This document shows positions 48,151 through 61,787 of a DNA stretch of 64,000 nucleotides, in pieces. Source of the stretch: Lingula anatina. Lineage: Eukaryota; Animalia; Brachiopoda. Location: contig CM120642.1 of the NCBI GenBank assembly GCA_051362555.1, positions 21,514,001 through 21,578,000 of the forward strand, read 5' to 3'. The notes under the pieces are model-generated. The model made no database searches. It was not told the DNA's origin and worked only from the letters and a program-made list of their open reading frames with translations. A program made the position numbers and the translations under genes. Within the stretch, counting starts at the first letter, position 1, and the number at the start of each line of letters is the position of its first letter.

Positions 48151-50724
48151 GTAAGACCTCAAGCTGTTACATAAACAATTAGCACAAATAAAGGTACATT
48201 CCAGTCTTACAAACCAGGAATTTGACATGGGAATTACAAGTACACATTTCTAAGCAGCCATGGTGCAGATGGAACCAAGAGACTCAAGGCACCGTGGTCC
48301 TTATATGTATATAAGAATTTTTTTATCAAAATGATGATTACCTCACATAAACTTTTCTTTTATAAATCCATCCAGACATACATTATTTCCTTGTATGGCA
48401 TTAACTTTTAAAATGATTGATTTTATGAACAGATTGTGTACAGAGTTGCATTTTACTTTTGATATGAGAAAGGGATAAATGAAAGCACCTTGTTTTTCTA
48501 TGCCTTTATTTTTTATGTTCACTGAATGGTTGCACAAATTACAGTAGAATGAAAAGAATCCTTCTACTCAGTGACTTGCATATTACAGGTCTTATGAATG
48601 TTTGGTCAGTAAACTGATACTCATGGTAATAGTTATTCTGTGATTTTCTTCAAAGTGAAGTAATCAAGCAAATTCAACGGCAGTCAAAATGTAGGGGACA
48701 TTACAGTGAGTGGGAGATGGGCCAGTCCCATCTCCACTGATGCTGAGTCATTGCTTGGTAAATTCTCTAGCAAAAGCATCTTTATATCCAGTGCAAGGCC
48801 AGGATTTCCATCACACTTGTCACAATGTATTCAGCACTTTCCTTGGCAACACCATCATTTTCTTGGCAACACCATCATGTATGCTCTGATAATGAAAAAA
48901 AAAATATTCACTTTTATATCTGTCATTTCTGTTTTGAAATGTACAATAGCTTACTTCAAAAATAAAATATTTGAAAATGTATGAACACTAAAACAACCAT
49001 AAGGACTGGATTTCACACCACCAAATTTTATCGAATAAATTTACTTTGAAAATAAGAAGGAATATGAATGGTGTTTGTGTATTGTGAGAAACTTAGAATT
49101 TATCTTTTCAATAAAGATTTAATGAGTTTTATACCTCTTCTGTGAGTTACTGAATTCTCCTTTCATGTTCTTGAGTCAATCCTCCTGATCTCACACCTCT
49201 TCCAAGCCTTGTACTACTGGACCTAGAAGTGCTATGTATCACTGCCAACTCTACTAAACCTTTATACAGGGCTTTTTTTCTAATGAGGCTGACATCACAA
49301 GATAGTATGCTGTAAAATAATAATAAAACTAATAATAATAATAATTGGCACTGATTTAATTGCATGCTAGTAATAATGTTGTGAACTGTTCAAAATGGGT
49401 TTCACTTCAATTAATCATTGTCCTGCACTCAAGCGTATCAATTGTTATCCCTAAACTATAAGTTTTTTTGTATGTGTGGATTATTACAAGTGAATATAGG
49501 TGAGGGTAAGGTGGGTCCTACACATTACTATCAAAACTAAGGAATATGCCAGATTAACTAAAAGGCCTGTATTATTTAAAAATAACAGAAAACTCTTTAC
49601 CTCAGGGAGCTCTTTACCCTCTAGTTCTGGACTGCTCTGACTGCTTGCCTCATCAACAATAGGCCTACTCTCGATCTGAAAAGTATAAAAACAGATCGAC
49701 TAGAAAAGCAAGATAAGATACGTGTGTGCGTAGCACAAAATTCAGGCACTCCTATTGTCGATTTTGACATCTGCACGATGCTCACCACTACTGCCAGTAA
49801 GTATCAAAATCGTCTGGAACGCATTTGTAGTCCGTGCTACGCTGTGCGTGCAAATCGCGATGTCAAAATTGCGGCTCAGAAAGCATAGCAAACAACAAAA
49901 AAAAGTAACAGTCGTTCATAAATATCCAACCGAAAAGGGCTGGTTCAGTTGACCTGAAAAATATCACTGTCTCTAATCATGTCACCGGTATATTTCCTGA
50001 TACAAGTCACTCATTCGGTGAATCGGCATTGAGAATTACGGCATCAAGCACTGTTGACATAATAGGCTACACTCCGTCGTAAATATTTCCAAGCCATTCG
50101 TTGATTTTTGGACTATTTTAACCGACGAGAAGTTAAATGAATTCTTTAAATGTTTAAGTGCACAAACCTGTTCACGAACAATGAAGGGAGAGAGTTTTAA
50201 CTAACGTGCATCTGTAAACGACTTACTTCGAACTCCACCGCGCCATATTTGTTTCTCCTAGTGTACGAGTGCTATTTTAGGCAACGCACTCTGATTGGCT
50301 AAAACCTTGCGGTAGTCGTCTTCTCTTTTTTGGGGAGAGGACGTTCTCCAATACAGACTCGAATGTGAAATAATTAATTATTTTGATTGCCGTCTACCTC
50401 AAAGGCGAATTTTGGTTTAGATCGTGACCTTCATATATAAGAAAAAGTTGGGGATATGTTTTATTTTCCCTCATATCGGAAAGACCCCCTTTAAGTCTTT
50501 GGCACGGAGATATATAAAAACAACATTAGTAAATCACAAAAAAAAAAAAATGGATAACCTATTGTCTCTTGTTGGCTTCCTCAAAAAAAAAAAATTTTTT
50601 TTATTTCGATGTACGTCCATCTCTTAAAGTTCTAGATATAAATATAATTATATACATATACTTAAATCTAAAGTTCTTCACACAAATACCTACATGTACA
50701 TAGAAATTTCCAAAAGGGACTTAA

Positions 50725-53186
50725 AGGACAATGTTCATGTTAAAATCCATTTCTCGAATTTTGAAGATACAGCACTCAATCTATACACTAGAGGTATGTT
50801 TTAATCGATCCCCGCCATTTAAAAATTATAAAAACAATCTATTAGTAGAAAAAAAAGCGTTTTAGTAAACCTCACCTCAATATGCAAAAATGAAGCAACA
50901 GATCTGGGTCACGTGGTACTGTGACGACAATCACGATAAAGGTCTATGAGACTCAACTGAGCTGCAGGTGCATACAGACGGAGAAGTTAAGGAAAGTTGT
51001 GTTGAACGGAGTTGAGGAATTTTCGTTATGCCTCGGTGTGTTGCCGTGGGATTCACCAAAATTGCAGCTCTCGTTGACAATCTTTCTTTGTCTGTGACGG
51101 TCTTCCGTGACTTACTTACTAACTTCGGTGACAATAGTTGCGATGCTCTAGATCATGGTCACCTCAGGTGGTTTAGATCATATCAAGAGCTGGTAGTCTT
51201 TCAGATTAACTGTCATCAGTTGGCAAACTTACTGATTGCTGATGCATTTTAAATGCATTGTAGTTGACCAAAAGCTCGTTTACAACAAACCTGTTAATTA
51301 TGCACCGCTGCAATTCCCAAGCCAGGTAATAACAGGTGGGAAACTCGTCTTGGTGGACTTTCATATTTTTCAATATATCTCATTTATTTCATGGGGTTAT
51401 TTTATTGGTATTTGTAAATGACGTTAAATATCAATACTTAAACAATTAAGTTCAAACACGGTCGCGAACATTAATAAAAGAAATTGCTCTCAGGGTATCT
51501 TGAAGCTTCCGTGGAAGAAAACGTGTTGAGGAAAAACAGGAAAAAGAGCGTTATATTAAAGAAAAAATGGGAACTGCTATAATAAAATGGTTCGTTATCC
51601 TAATTCGTTTATGCTTTGAGGATTTGTTTCTGAAGATTATTTCATCTGAAATATTAAATAATTTAAAAGATTGATTATTTTATAACTTGAAACGCAAATT
51701 CTGCGTCAGTACGCAATTTTTTTTTTTTGCAAATTTGTAAGCTTATAACAACGTGCTATAAAGATCTACTCAAGAAAAAAATTTGCTTGGGTAAAATTGA
51801 GTACGGAATGAACTGGAGACACTTGGCTTGTCATTAAGTTTACACGAAAATATGTCAGGTAACTTTATACTGTCTTTGAAAGAGTAAAGATTGAAAGATA
51901 ATTTTAGACAAACTTTGATGGGGGAAATACCTACAAAGAGTAATGGGCTATTTCGCCAACATCTTGTTGAAAATTTTACACTGCAATTCTATCAAATAAG
52001 CTAAGGAACTAATTGCCAAATTAATACTCTCATCACATAACAGGGGGGTAACCAGACCTGCAAAAATTGTACGCACATATTTAAAAAGATTACAAGCACA
52101 TACAGCAAAATGTAGACTTACGCAAAACATGAAGGACAGCGTAATCACAGCAAATGTACCTCATATAGTAGCTTAATTTCCATTAATAATAAAATCATCA
52201 TTTAAGTCAAAAATATTCTTGCGATTTAATAACTATTTTAATTTACCCAGAACGGTATATTTATTTTTAAAGGCGGTTAACTGAAATATAGTTTTATGAT
52301 TTGTTTGTGAAAATTGCCCATGTCACCCTGTTAGTTTGGAGGTCTAAGCTGGATCAAGTCCGTGTTAAAATTCCTATGAAGTTGTGCAGGAAAAATTCTT
52401 CCTTTCTTTCTCTAGCTCCTCGATAAACCTGGTGTTCAGATTTTATCTAGTACCCCCAGGTCTACGGGAGCTGCGCTTTGTAAGTAACGCACAGGTAGAT
52501 TTTTACCTGAGATAACTGGAGTAAAGCTTAGATAGAGAGTGCGTTCGTTACAAGCAAGACAAATTGAATGCCATTTAACCCTCTAATTAAGAGGTAAAGG
52601 AAGTTCCAGGTAGATGGATGATTAAGATAGGACTTGTAAAGGTAACGGGCATTGTTTACCTCAGTTTAATAAAAGTATGCAAGACGGAGTGTCAGCGGTT
52701 TAATAAAATAAATTGAATTTCACAAATAACATGGACCTCATATGCAATAATCAACATTTCCCTTAACTCATTCAAATGCAGTGTTTTATACAACTTGGGA
52801 TAACCATAATGAAATGCTTGTTAAAGAAATGACTAGACGGGAAATGGTTTTACACAGCTTCACGAGGATTTAGACCCCTCGGGTAAGAGATTTGAATGAG
52901 TATAAACTTTTATCAGAAGCCAGAGAAGTCATCTTACAGGTAGACAATGCAGCTCAGTTTGACAGCTAAGCACGCTCTGTTCTCCAGTGGCTCGATTGTC
53001 GTCATTGGACCACGTGACCACGTAGCTCATTAACTCCCAGGCCGAGCAAATAGGACGTTTTTTAAAGCCAAAAATTTACAAAATGAGCTTTTAATTTGTG
53101 TATTTGGATAAAGATATCGTTAGTTGGGCATGTTTTCTGAAGAATATGTTCCGTTCAGGCCATTCTGACGGCATGAAGCAAACCCT
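50725..53186 (+). mobile_element. Kolobok-like non-autonomous DNA transposon with THAP-domain remnant
   Basis: TTAA|AGGACAATGTTCATG ... CATGAAGCAAACCCT|TTAA gives a TTAA TSD, AGG ends and imperfect TIRs. Mirrored GGTCACGTGGT/ACCACGTGACC motifs lie ~180 bp inside each end. The ORF at 51028 begins MPRCVAVG, like a THAP N-terminus. Confidence 0.6.
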
Positions 53187-54504
53187 TTAACAATATTCAC
53201 ACCTTCCAGGTCATTTGAAGTCTTTGGCAAAAATGTGTAAACAGCATACGTAAATCACACACACACACACCAAAAAAAAAAAATAAAAAAAATAATAATA
53301 ATAATTAATTAATTAATCAATAATAAATCTGTCAAGGCCCCATAAAGACCTTTATAATCAGACAGAGACGCTAAACACAAGAAGTTACAACTCCTTGCTA
53401 AACCAGACAACCAAGAAGAAGAGTCAGGATTATTCAATGTATTGATGCCGCAAAACGGATGAAAACACCTGCTCAGAGTTAAATTATTATGTCAAAGTAG
53501 CTTGTCAAAGTCCACTCAGGCTTAAACTTTTTAGTGCATTTCACCATGATTCCCAACAAACTCATCACAATAAGGATTTTCTCTGTTATTATCACTTCTA
53601 ACTGATGTATGCAAGCGATGTTACATTTTTGTTAAGCGTACGCAGTAAAAATTGACCTCGACTGGCTGCGGTCAACAAGCGTGTGCGAGAGGGGGGTGGC
53701 GTTGAAATAAATTACAAAAAAAATATTTGCCCAAATTTGCCCAAAAATCTGAAATGTTGGTTAGAAACCTTAGTCCTTGTTCTTCTAAATGGCATATATT
53801 TTGTCTTGCCGCCCTTTGCCGACTTCAAAAAATAAATCAGTTTAAAAGTTTGCCCTTAAAAATTTTCACTTCTGACCTCTCGTAGATCGCGAAAACAATA
53901 CCCAAAAGGAAGTAACAGCTGTTCTCTATCACGTGTTAAGGTAGGGTTGTTCCTGATGCAGTAGTTGAGACACGCCGTGCATTGTAAGAGCGGGTTGAAA
54001 TCTGATACTCTGGGGACAGTTTTAATGGCGCTTCGCGAAATAGAACAACTAACGCCACCTAGGGACATCTGCGCTCGCTATTATTGTACATATTCATAGA
54101 AACCTTTAGGCATTTCCCACTTATTTGGTAACTAAATAATTTTCTCCATAATCCCATTCTCTATATTTTATCGAAGGCGGATTTAAAATCTATAAAAGCA
54201 CAATATAACTTCTTCTGTTTTAAGAATGATAATTCAGTCAAAGGGTACAAAGTAAAGATATTATCGGCTTTTGAATAATTAGCTATAAATCCGCTTTGAT
54301 TCTCCTTTAATATATCTGTGCTATCTGAGTAAGTAGTTAGCCTTTTGCTCAGAATCGATGTGAACACCTTGGCTAAACTACTTAACAAGGAAATAGGCCT
54401 GTAGTTTTATGGTTCATGAGCTAATCCTTTATTTTTATATATTGGCTTAATGGGTCCATTAAGCCATGCATCTGGTACAATTCCAGAATCAAATACTACA
54501 TTAA

Positions 54505-54671
54505 CAGGGGTGGATCCAGAATGTTTTCTGACAGTTTTCCAAATTAACTTTGTTGATCCATCCTCCATTTTTGACCATCTTCCGACAAAAAAAATTAGAT
54601 ACCTATCAATAAAAACTTGAAAATCTGACCGTCTTCCGGAAGACCCAGAAGACAGCCTGAATCCACTCCTG
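54505..54671. mobile_element. 167-bp MITE (family of 18607-18774, inverted), 5-bp TSD ATTAA, inside the LINE
   Basis: CAGGGGTGGAT ... ATCCACTCCTG, with ATTAA at 54500-54504 and 54672-54676. Confidence 0.85.
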
Positions 54672-54863
54672 ATTAAATATAATGGTGCCATAATATGTAT
54701 TCATTTAGCAAGTGTCTGGCCCGGGTGACTTATTATTTCTGAGTAATTTCACAGTATTTACAACTTCATCGAGCGATATAGGTTCATTGAACTATAATCA
54801 AAGATCTGGTCAGCGTCTATAAAAAGTAAATGTTTCATAATTAGTATTAGCATTAACCTTCAT

Positions 54864-55421
54864 AACTAGAAAAGCACTCAGAGACCGCAGACCTCCGCCA
54901 AGGCAGCAAAGTCTCCATCCAATGCCAGTTCACCCCTTAATTTTTGATATTTTTGATTATTGATTATTGATCTGGCTCACCACCAAAAACTAATCATCTG
55001 TTCCTTGGCCCACTTCTGACAGTTCCAGAAAATTTCATCAAAATCGGTCCATAACTTAGTTTTTTGATTATTGATTGATTATTGATCCGGATCACCCCCA
55101 AAACTAATCACTTCTAAGTTAACCCATTTCTGACCTACCCTGAAAATTCCATCAAAATTCATCCACAATTTTTTGAGCTATGTTGATGACAAACAGACAG
55201 GCACACAGCAGGCCCGTAGCCAGCAATTTCAAAAGGGGGGTTCTCTTTCTGAAAAAGTGGACCTTTTCCCATAAAAACTTCATGTACCTAGATCAAATCT
55301 TACCCAGAGTTTCCCAGCAAAAGGGGCGGTTCTTTCGAACCCCCCGAACCCCCCTGGCTACGGGCCTGGACAGACAGACAAACAAACAGGGGTGAAAACA
55401 TAACGTCCTTGGCGGAGATAA
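54864..55421 (-). mobile_element. Helentron/DINE-1-like non-autonomous element inserted in the LINE
   Basis: Subterminal IRs CTCCGCCAAGG (~54893) / CCTTGGCGGAG (55407), a (GACA/AACA)n microsatellite, two ~120-bp internal cores and an AACTAGAAAAGCACTC end. No TSD. Confidence 0.7.
55209..55368. mobile_element. 160-bp MITE (CAGGCCCGTAGCCAG TIR) nested in the HINE
   Basis: 15-bp perfect TIR. Flanks CACAG/GACAG form a 5-bp TSD with one mismatch. Confidence 0.85.
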
Positions 55422-56022
55422 AAATTATCTACTCCTAGATCTACTGCACCATCACTACAGGACTTTTTTCTTTTACATTAAACATTTTCCAATATTCTTT
55501 TGGATTTTTTACTTCTCATATTCTTAATTTTATTGTGTAATTGGTATCTATAGTTAGTAAAAGATTTATTCATTACAGTTTTATAATGTTTCTGGGCATC
55601 AAGAACTCCTTGTTTAAATATAGTGGATCCATATTTCTTATATTTACAATAACATTTACAGTACTCCTTACGTGCGATACAGCACTCATTGCCAAACCAC
55701 TCTTTATTCTTTTTTGGGGGGAAATTTAGTTTTATTGTTGTTATATCTATAAGATCCAAATATTTTCTTAGCTGAACTCAACAATATTTCAGCAGTCTTA
55801 TCAAAAATTGAATCAATTTCCTTTTTCTCCACACTGCCAAGATCCAATCTCTCAATAACATTTTGTACATCAATAATGCAAGCTAAGTTAATGTTCCTAT
55901 TATTTTCCTTGGGTTTTTTAGTTTGCCATGGTTTAATTCTTTCTATGTGTTCACCCACATCTATATTACCCTCTAGAGTACACTTTTTTGTCTTTTCCAG
56001 TCCATCATCTGTCCATCATCAT

Positions 56023-57137
56023 CTGCCACAATGGTACACAATGACTCCAGACTACTACACTGTACTAGCAGGCACAGGACTATACTGCCACAATGGTACA
56101 CAATGACTCCAGACTACTACACTGTACTAGCAGGCACAGGACTATACTGCCACAATGGTACACAATGACTCCAGACTACTACACTGTACTAGCAGGCACA
56201 GGACTATACTGCCACAATGGTACACAATGACTCCAGACTACTACACTGTACTAGCAGGCACAGGACTATACTGCCACAATGGTACACAATGACTCCAGAC
56301 TACTACACTGTACTAGGAAGCACAGGACTATACTACCACAATGGAACACAATGACTCTGGACTACTACACTGTACTAGGAAGCACAGGACTATACTGCCA
56401 AAATGGAACACAATGACTCCAGACAACTACACTGTCCTAGCAGGCACAGGACTATACTGCCAAAATGGAACACAATGACTCCAGACAAATACACTGTCCT
56501 AGCAGGCACAGGACTATACTGCCACAATGGAACACAATGACTCCAGACAACTACACTGTCCTAGCAGGCACAGGACTATACTATCACAATGGAACACAAT
56601 GACTCTGGACTACTACACTGTACTAGGAAGCACAGGACTATACTACCACAATGGAACACAATGACTCTGGACTACTACACTGTCCTAGCAGGCACAGGAC
56701 TATACTGCCACAATGGAACACAATGACTCCAGACAACTACACTGTCCTAGAAGGCACAGGACTATACTGCCACAATGGAACACAATGACTCCAGGCTACT
56801 ACACTGTCCTAGCAGGCACAGGACTATACTGCCACAATGGAACACAGTGACTCCAGGCTACTACACTGTCCTAGCAGGCACAGGACTATACTACCACAAT
56901 GGAACACAATGACTCCAGACTACTACACTGAACTAGCAGGCACAGGACTATACTACCACAATGGAACACAATGACTCAAGACTACTACACTGTACTAGCA
57001 GGCACAGGACTATGCTGCCACAATGGAACACAATGACCCCAGACTTCTACACCGTTCTAGGATACACAGGACTATACTGCCACAATGGAACACAAGGACT
57101 CAAGACTACTACACTGTACTAGGAGACACAGGACTAC
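56023..57137. repeat. 62-bp minisatellite, ~18 copies
   Basis: Unit CTGCCACAATGG(T/A)ACACAATGACTCCAGACTACTACACTGT(A/C)CTAGCAGGCACAGGACTATA. Confidence 0.95.
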
Positions 57138-60100
57138 TGAACTTCACATGTAACAGACAAACAAAATGATGGATGCAGCAATTTTCAAGACAGTCAAATA
57201 ACAATATGAGTTTCATGAATCAAATTTTCTTACCTCCCTATGTAGGGACATTAGCTTTTTCCGTATTATTTGTTTTACTTTAAGTTTACTAATTGGCTTT
57301 GTTTGGCAAAGAAGCAGGTTACTTTTGAAAATTGGCACAATCTATTTACATTTACGGTAATAATTCTACTTATGGTGATGTTCACCCTGTAACTGCCAAA
57401 CCTTATTTTTGTTTTATATTAAGTTTACTGAGTGGCTTTGTTTGGTAAAGAGGCAGGTTGCTTTCGAAAAGCGGCCTGATTGCTTTACATTTACGGTAAT
57501 AATTCTGTTTTATTTTTGTTTGAATATTTTATCTTTCACACATTAGCATTTTCAGTGTCTTTTATAGCCCATGAAACTGAATTACTTGCTAGTTTTTCAA
57601 TATCCATGTTACTAAGCATATCTTAGTACTCACTCTTTGAGGTTTTGAACATGTTTTCATTGCTGGAAATTGTGGATAACCTCATTTATTGAGTTCAATA
57701 AAGCATTGATGACACTTTCTGAGTGGTTAGATTTGCAGTGAATATACGGTTTTACTGTATTAGGTTTTTTGTATGGTCCAAAATATCAGTCTTTTAGGTT
57801 AAAGGTCACATCTAAGAGGTTAACAGAGTTGTATGAGATGTTGGTGACCTTTGTTTATATCTATATATACCATGTTCAGCTTGTTTTTGAGAGGGATCCT
57901 CTCAAACATGCATTTTTATTGAATTTACATAACAATAAATGGAAATTGCTCATTTTAAAAATTTAAATGTGAGTATCAGGAATTTTAAAACTTGTCTACC
58001 TATTTTGCCTCTTTAAAAATTATACTTCTCTATTTAAGATACTCAAATTCTATTTACTTTGCCCATTTCATTTATAAGGCTTATACATGTAGCTCCACAT
58101 AGCAAGCATCACCATTAATTAGGTTGTGGTCTTCAGAAGTGCATTTTAATTAATTAATTAAAATTATTTTTACACTTGATTCTTCATGTTTGGATTTAAT
58201 GTCTTATAAATGACAAGTTTTTTTTTCAATGTGATTTGTGTCATTTATTTTTCTTTATACATGTTGCACTGGAAAGTTTTTCTTCTGGCTCTGTTAAATT
58301 TGGTACAAAGTGGCCTGAAAGATTTTTCACAAAAACTTTTTTCTTTGGTATTTCTCAGCAGTTCCAGTGCTATCATGTCTGGCTCCATGATCTTTGATGT
58401 GCCTTCCCAGTTTTTTCTTATTTATTTATTTTTCATTTATTTTTACTACTTGTTAACCTCTCATGGTTGAAACTTTTCAGCCTCTTGCAATGTGCTGTGA
58501 AACCTATAGGTTATAAGTTATATAACTTTGCCTGGTTTTTCTGAAATAGAGAAACAGCTCATGAAGTCTTCATGTCAAAGAGTAAGTTACATGATGTTCC
58601 TGACCCCTTCCAGTCACTTTATTCTTCAGCCCTTTCTGACCTTTTATCTTGCAGTCAAACCTAATTGTTAACTTTTAATTATCAATTTTATCATTTGAGG
58701 GCTTAAAGCATTTTAATAGATAAAAGCTGTTGTCGAATTTCCTATTTCTGTATTACGCTGACAGTCTTATTACAATCTTAATACAGATTGGTTAGAAACT
58801 GAACACTTGCATGCATTTATATCATACCTGGTACATGCATGTTAGGGTGATATTGATTGAACAAAATCATGTGAATATCTTCTTTTAAAAAGTTGGTGTG
58901 TCTTGGCAAATTGACACCATGCTGAGTGTCCCTTCCCCCTGAGGGCAGTTTCCCTGTCCGCCACTTTAGCCTTTAAAAAGTTATTTGTCAAGATTATTCT
59001 AACAGTGGCCTGGGCTGTTCAAAATAAAAAAGTAATATACAAAGATACTCTGCCCTAAGAGATGGGACTCCCATACTGGTGAACCTTGACAGGTTCACAC
59101 CTCTCTTGGGGTTCCATCCCCCAAGGGAAGTTCCCCTGCCCATTAGTTTAGCTTTTAATAGGTTTTCTTTGAGAATTACTCTTACTGTGGCCTTGGCTGT
59201 TCAAAATAAAATATGGAATGTAAAGAAATCCTTGATTACCCATCAGTCTTTTAGGATGGAATAAAATCTAGGATCTTTTTATGTCTTTAACTAAAGTTCC
59301 ACTCAGAGGTGGAGTTCTTGGGCAGGAGAGCTGGAAGGTGTACTCTGTGAGGAATTGATAAAGGTATAAAAATACCTAAACATGTGGAACTTTCATTTTC
59401 TTTTTCAATTTAAAAGCAAGTTATTTTCATCTTAGATCATCATTTTCTCATTTTGATATTTAAAAAAAGAGTATACTATTTGTGGCTTTACAATTTTTCA
59501 CTCTATGGTGAAAGCTGTGGGCAGGAGCATCGCTGCCCTCAGAGAAGGGACACCCAAATTATTGTGTATTGTAAGGTTGAAACCACGATGGGTTTCCCAG
59601 TCTCCTAGGACAGTCCTATACCAAACACCTCCAGCTGTCAGATTATCTAAAAATAAATTTTCATTTATTATATTGGTATTATCATTTCTTTTTCAGACTG
59701 GTTCCTTGCAACGCAATAAATGATATGACTAGTAAGGTATATAATGATGGGCTTGTGTGGGACATCTTTCCTTCCAGGTATGCCTGTCTCTACAGTCTAT
59801 TACTCTGCTGTTAGTAAATTTCATATGAAACAATACTGCCCCAATTCCAGTGATATTTTTTAAAAATCTCAGTGTTTATCATCAGACTTTGGAAATAATT
59901 TCTATTTCCTTAACTGTTGCACAACTTGTGTATTGGGCTGTGTTAAAAGTTGTACAATCTTAAATCTCTGCCTCGTGGAAGGAGGGACTCCTGGGTGTAC
60001 TTAGTTTTTTTCACACATTTTTTATAATCTGATGGTTTTCTCTGAATTGTTTACCTGTTACGAACAGTTAGTGTGAGGTGTTGCCTTTTGAGTGACAGAT

Positions 60101-61749
60101 TTGTGTTCAAAATGATTACAGTTGAAAATAGAATTGATATGTGCATTTATTAGTCAATCCGTTTTTCTGAATATTTCTCTTTGAATCTTCTTTTATAAAG
60201 TTATTCTCTTTTATGTATTAAGCAAGCATGGCATTGATTTAGTTACATTTTTGAACAATTACACTTGTACCAGCCAATTTACATTGTATGGGCGTGGCAT
60301 GTATTTATTCTTCTCCAAATTGTCCAGTGTGTTTAAACTTGAACATCTACAACTGTGGTCCCTAATTTACTGCAGCATTATCTTTACAAGTTAAGGTATG
60401 TATTAGCTTCATGAGTGCATTAAAGGAGTACATAATAATAATGTACAGACATTTCTGTCAGGGCTCTGTCTTCAGCGCTGTTAACATCTGGCACACTTTT
60501 TGTAATAAAACTTCCTGCCATGACAGTAACCAAGAGTTGGATTTGTTTTTGTTTCAGTGGTCATTTCTTTTTAAGTTGAGTGATGTAGAGATTTTAAATT
60601 AAAACCCCATGAAAGAAATTCTCTACTTTAAGGGACAGTTCATAAAAATAAAAACATTATTTGAATGTCACATATGGATATAGTTATAAATGAAAAAAAA
60701 AGTTTGGATGAAAGTCAAAGTTTTTGAACTACATTTGTATGATCAAAATCCATTTATGGTGTACAGGCCAAATTATTTGTTTAGGCCCATATTCGAGGAT
60801 GTTGGTTTGAAAAAATTGCCCTTTTTGCTGGAAAGGGTCCAAAGCCTATCATGGTACCATTACTGTGATGTATCCTAAGTTGGATCAACTGAAGGAGTAA
60901 AGAAAATTCACTTTTTCAGATAACAACAACCCCCCTTCAGCATCCCACCCTTCAACATTGCTGGCTACTTATAAATATTAAAATCACCTTTTAGCAAATT
61001 TTTCTCTTTTATTTAGAAAAGAAAAAAAGACACAACCCATTCAATAACATAATCAATATTTTTTTGTACCAGTAAAATAAAGGTATTTTAAGAAAATGAT
61101 ATTCTGAAGTGTTCAAACTGTCTGCCACAGAGCTAATAATAGATGTGCACTGACCACCCTGAAGATGAAAATATTAAAATATAATTCAGTTAAAATGTGT
61201 TAGCTGTAAAAAGATGTCGACAGTAACTCTATAACCACCAGCTCCTGGCTGCTATCATATAATACTGCTTTCATGTACAGTTTTGCCAGCTGTTTGACTA
61301 AGTTTTCCTCCAAAACTCTTTAAGTTAACTTTGTTATGATGTCTTTAAAGCAAGGAAACAAGAAAAGAACTTTCTTGTGACTGTAAAATGAATCTGTTCT
61401 TTTATAAATAATGTAATTTTTTCAATTCTAAATGTCTGAAATGATTAGATTTAATAATGAATGATAATAATTATAACCATTTATGTTCTTGGCCTGCATC
61501 TGAAGCAAGATCTGAAAAGACTTCCTCCACCTTGATTGGCAGCAGTCCTTGGGAGCTGAAATATATGACACAGTATTACTTACTAAATGCAATAATAAAT
61601 AACCTTCAATAAGCAGTCAGTGCATCTCATTTCATGTATGAAACTGCATTAAAATATTTACCATTGTTTAGAGCTAACAAATTTGCGAAGTATCATTTTA
61701 AACTTACAAAAAGCACAAACTGTGTTGGCAAAACATAAGGAATGTGTAT

Positions 61750-61753
<4 letters not shown>

Positions 61754-61785
<32 letters not shown>
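61754..61785. repeat. (TG)n microsatellite
   Basis: Direct reading. Confidence 0.9.

Positions 61786-61787
<2 letters not shown>

Larger units (their letters stand above)
54075..55975 (-). mobile_element. Degenerate non-LTR retrotransposon ORF2/RT fragment (RTE-X/L2-like), split by nested insertions
   Basis: KEWFGNECCIARKEY; VFDSGIVPDAW..IKPIYKNKG..NYRPISLLSSLAKVFTSIL..ENQSGF..DNIF..LYCAFIDFKSAFD (LINE RT motifs), with stops and frameshifts. Confidence 0.85.
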
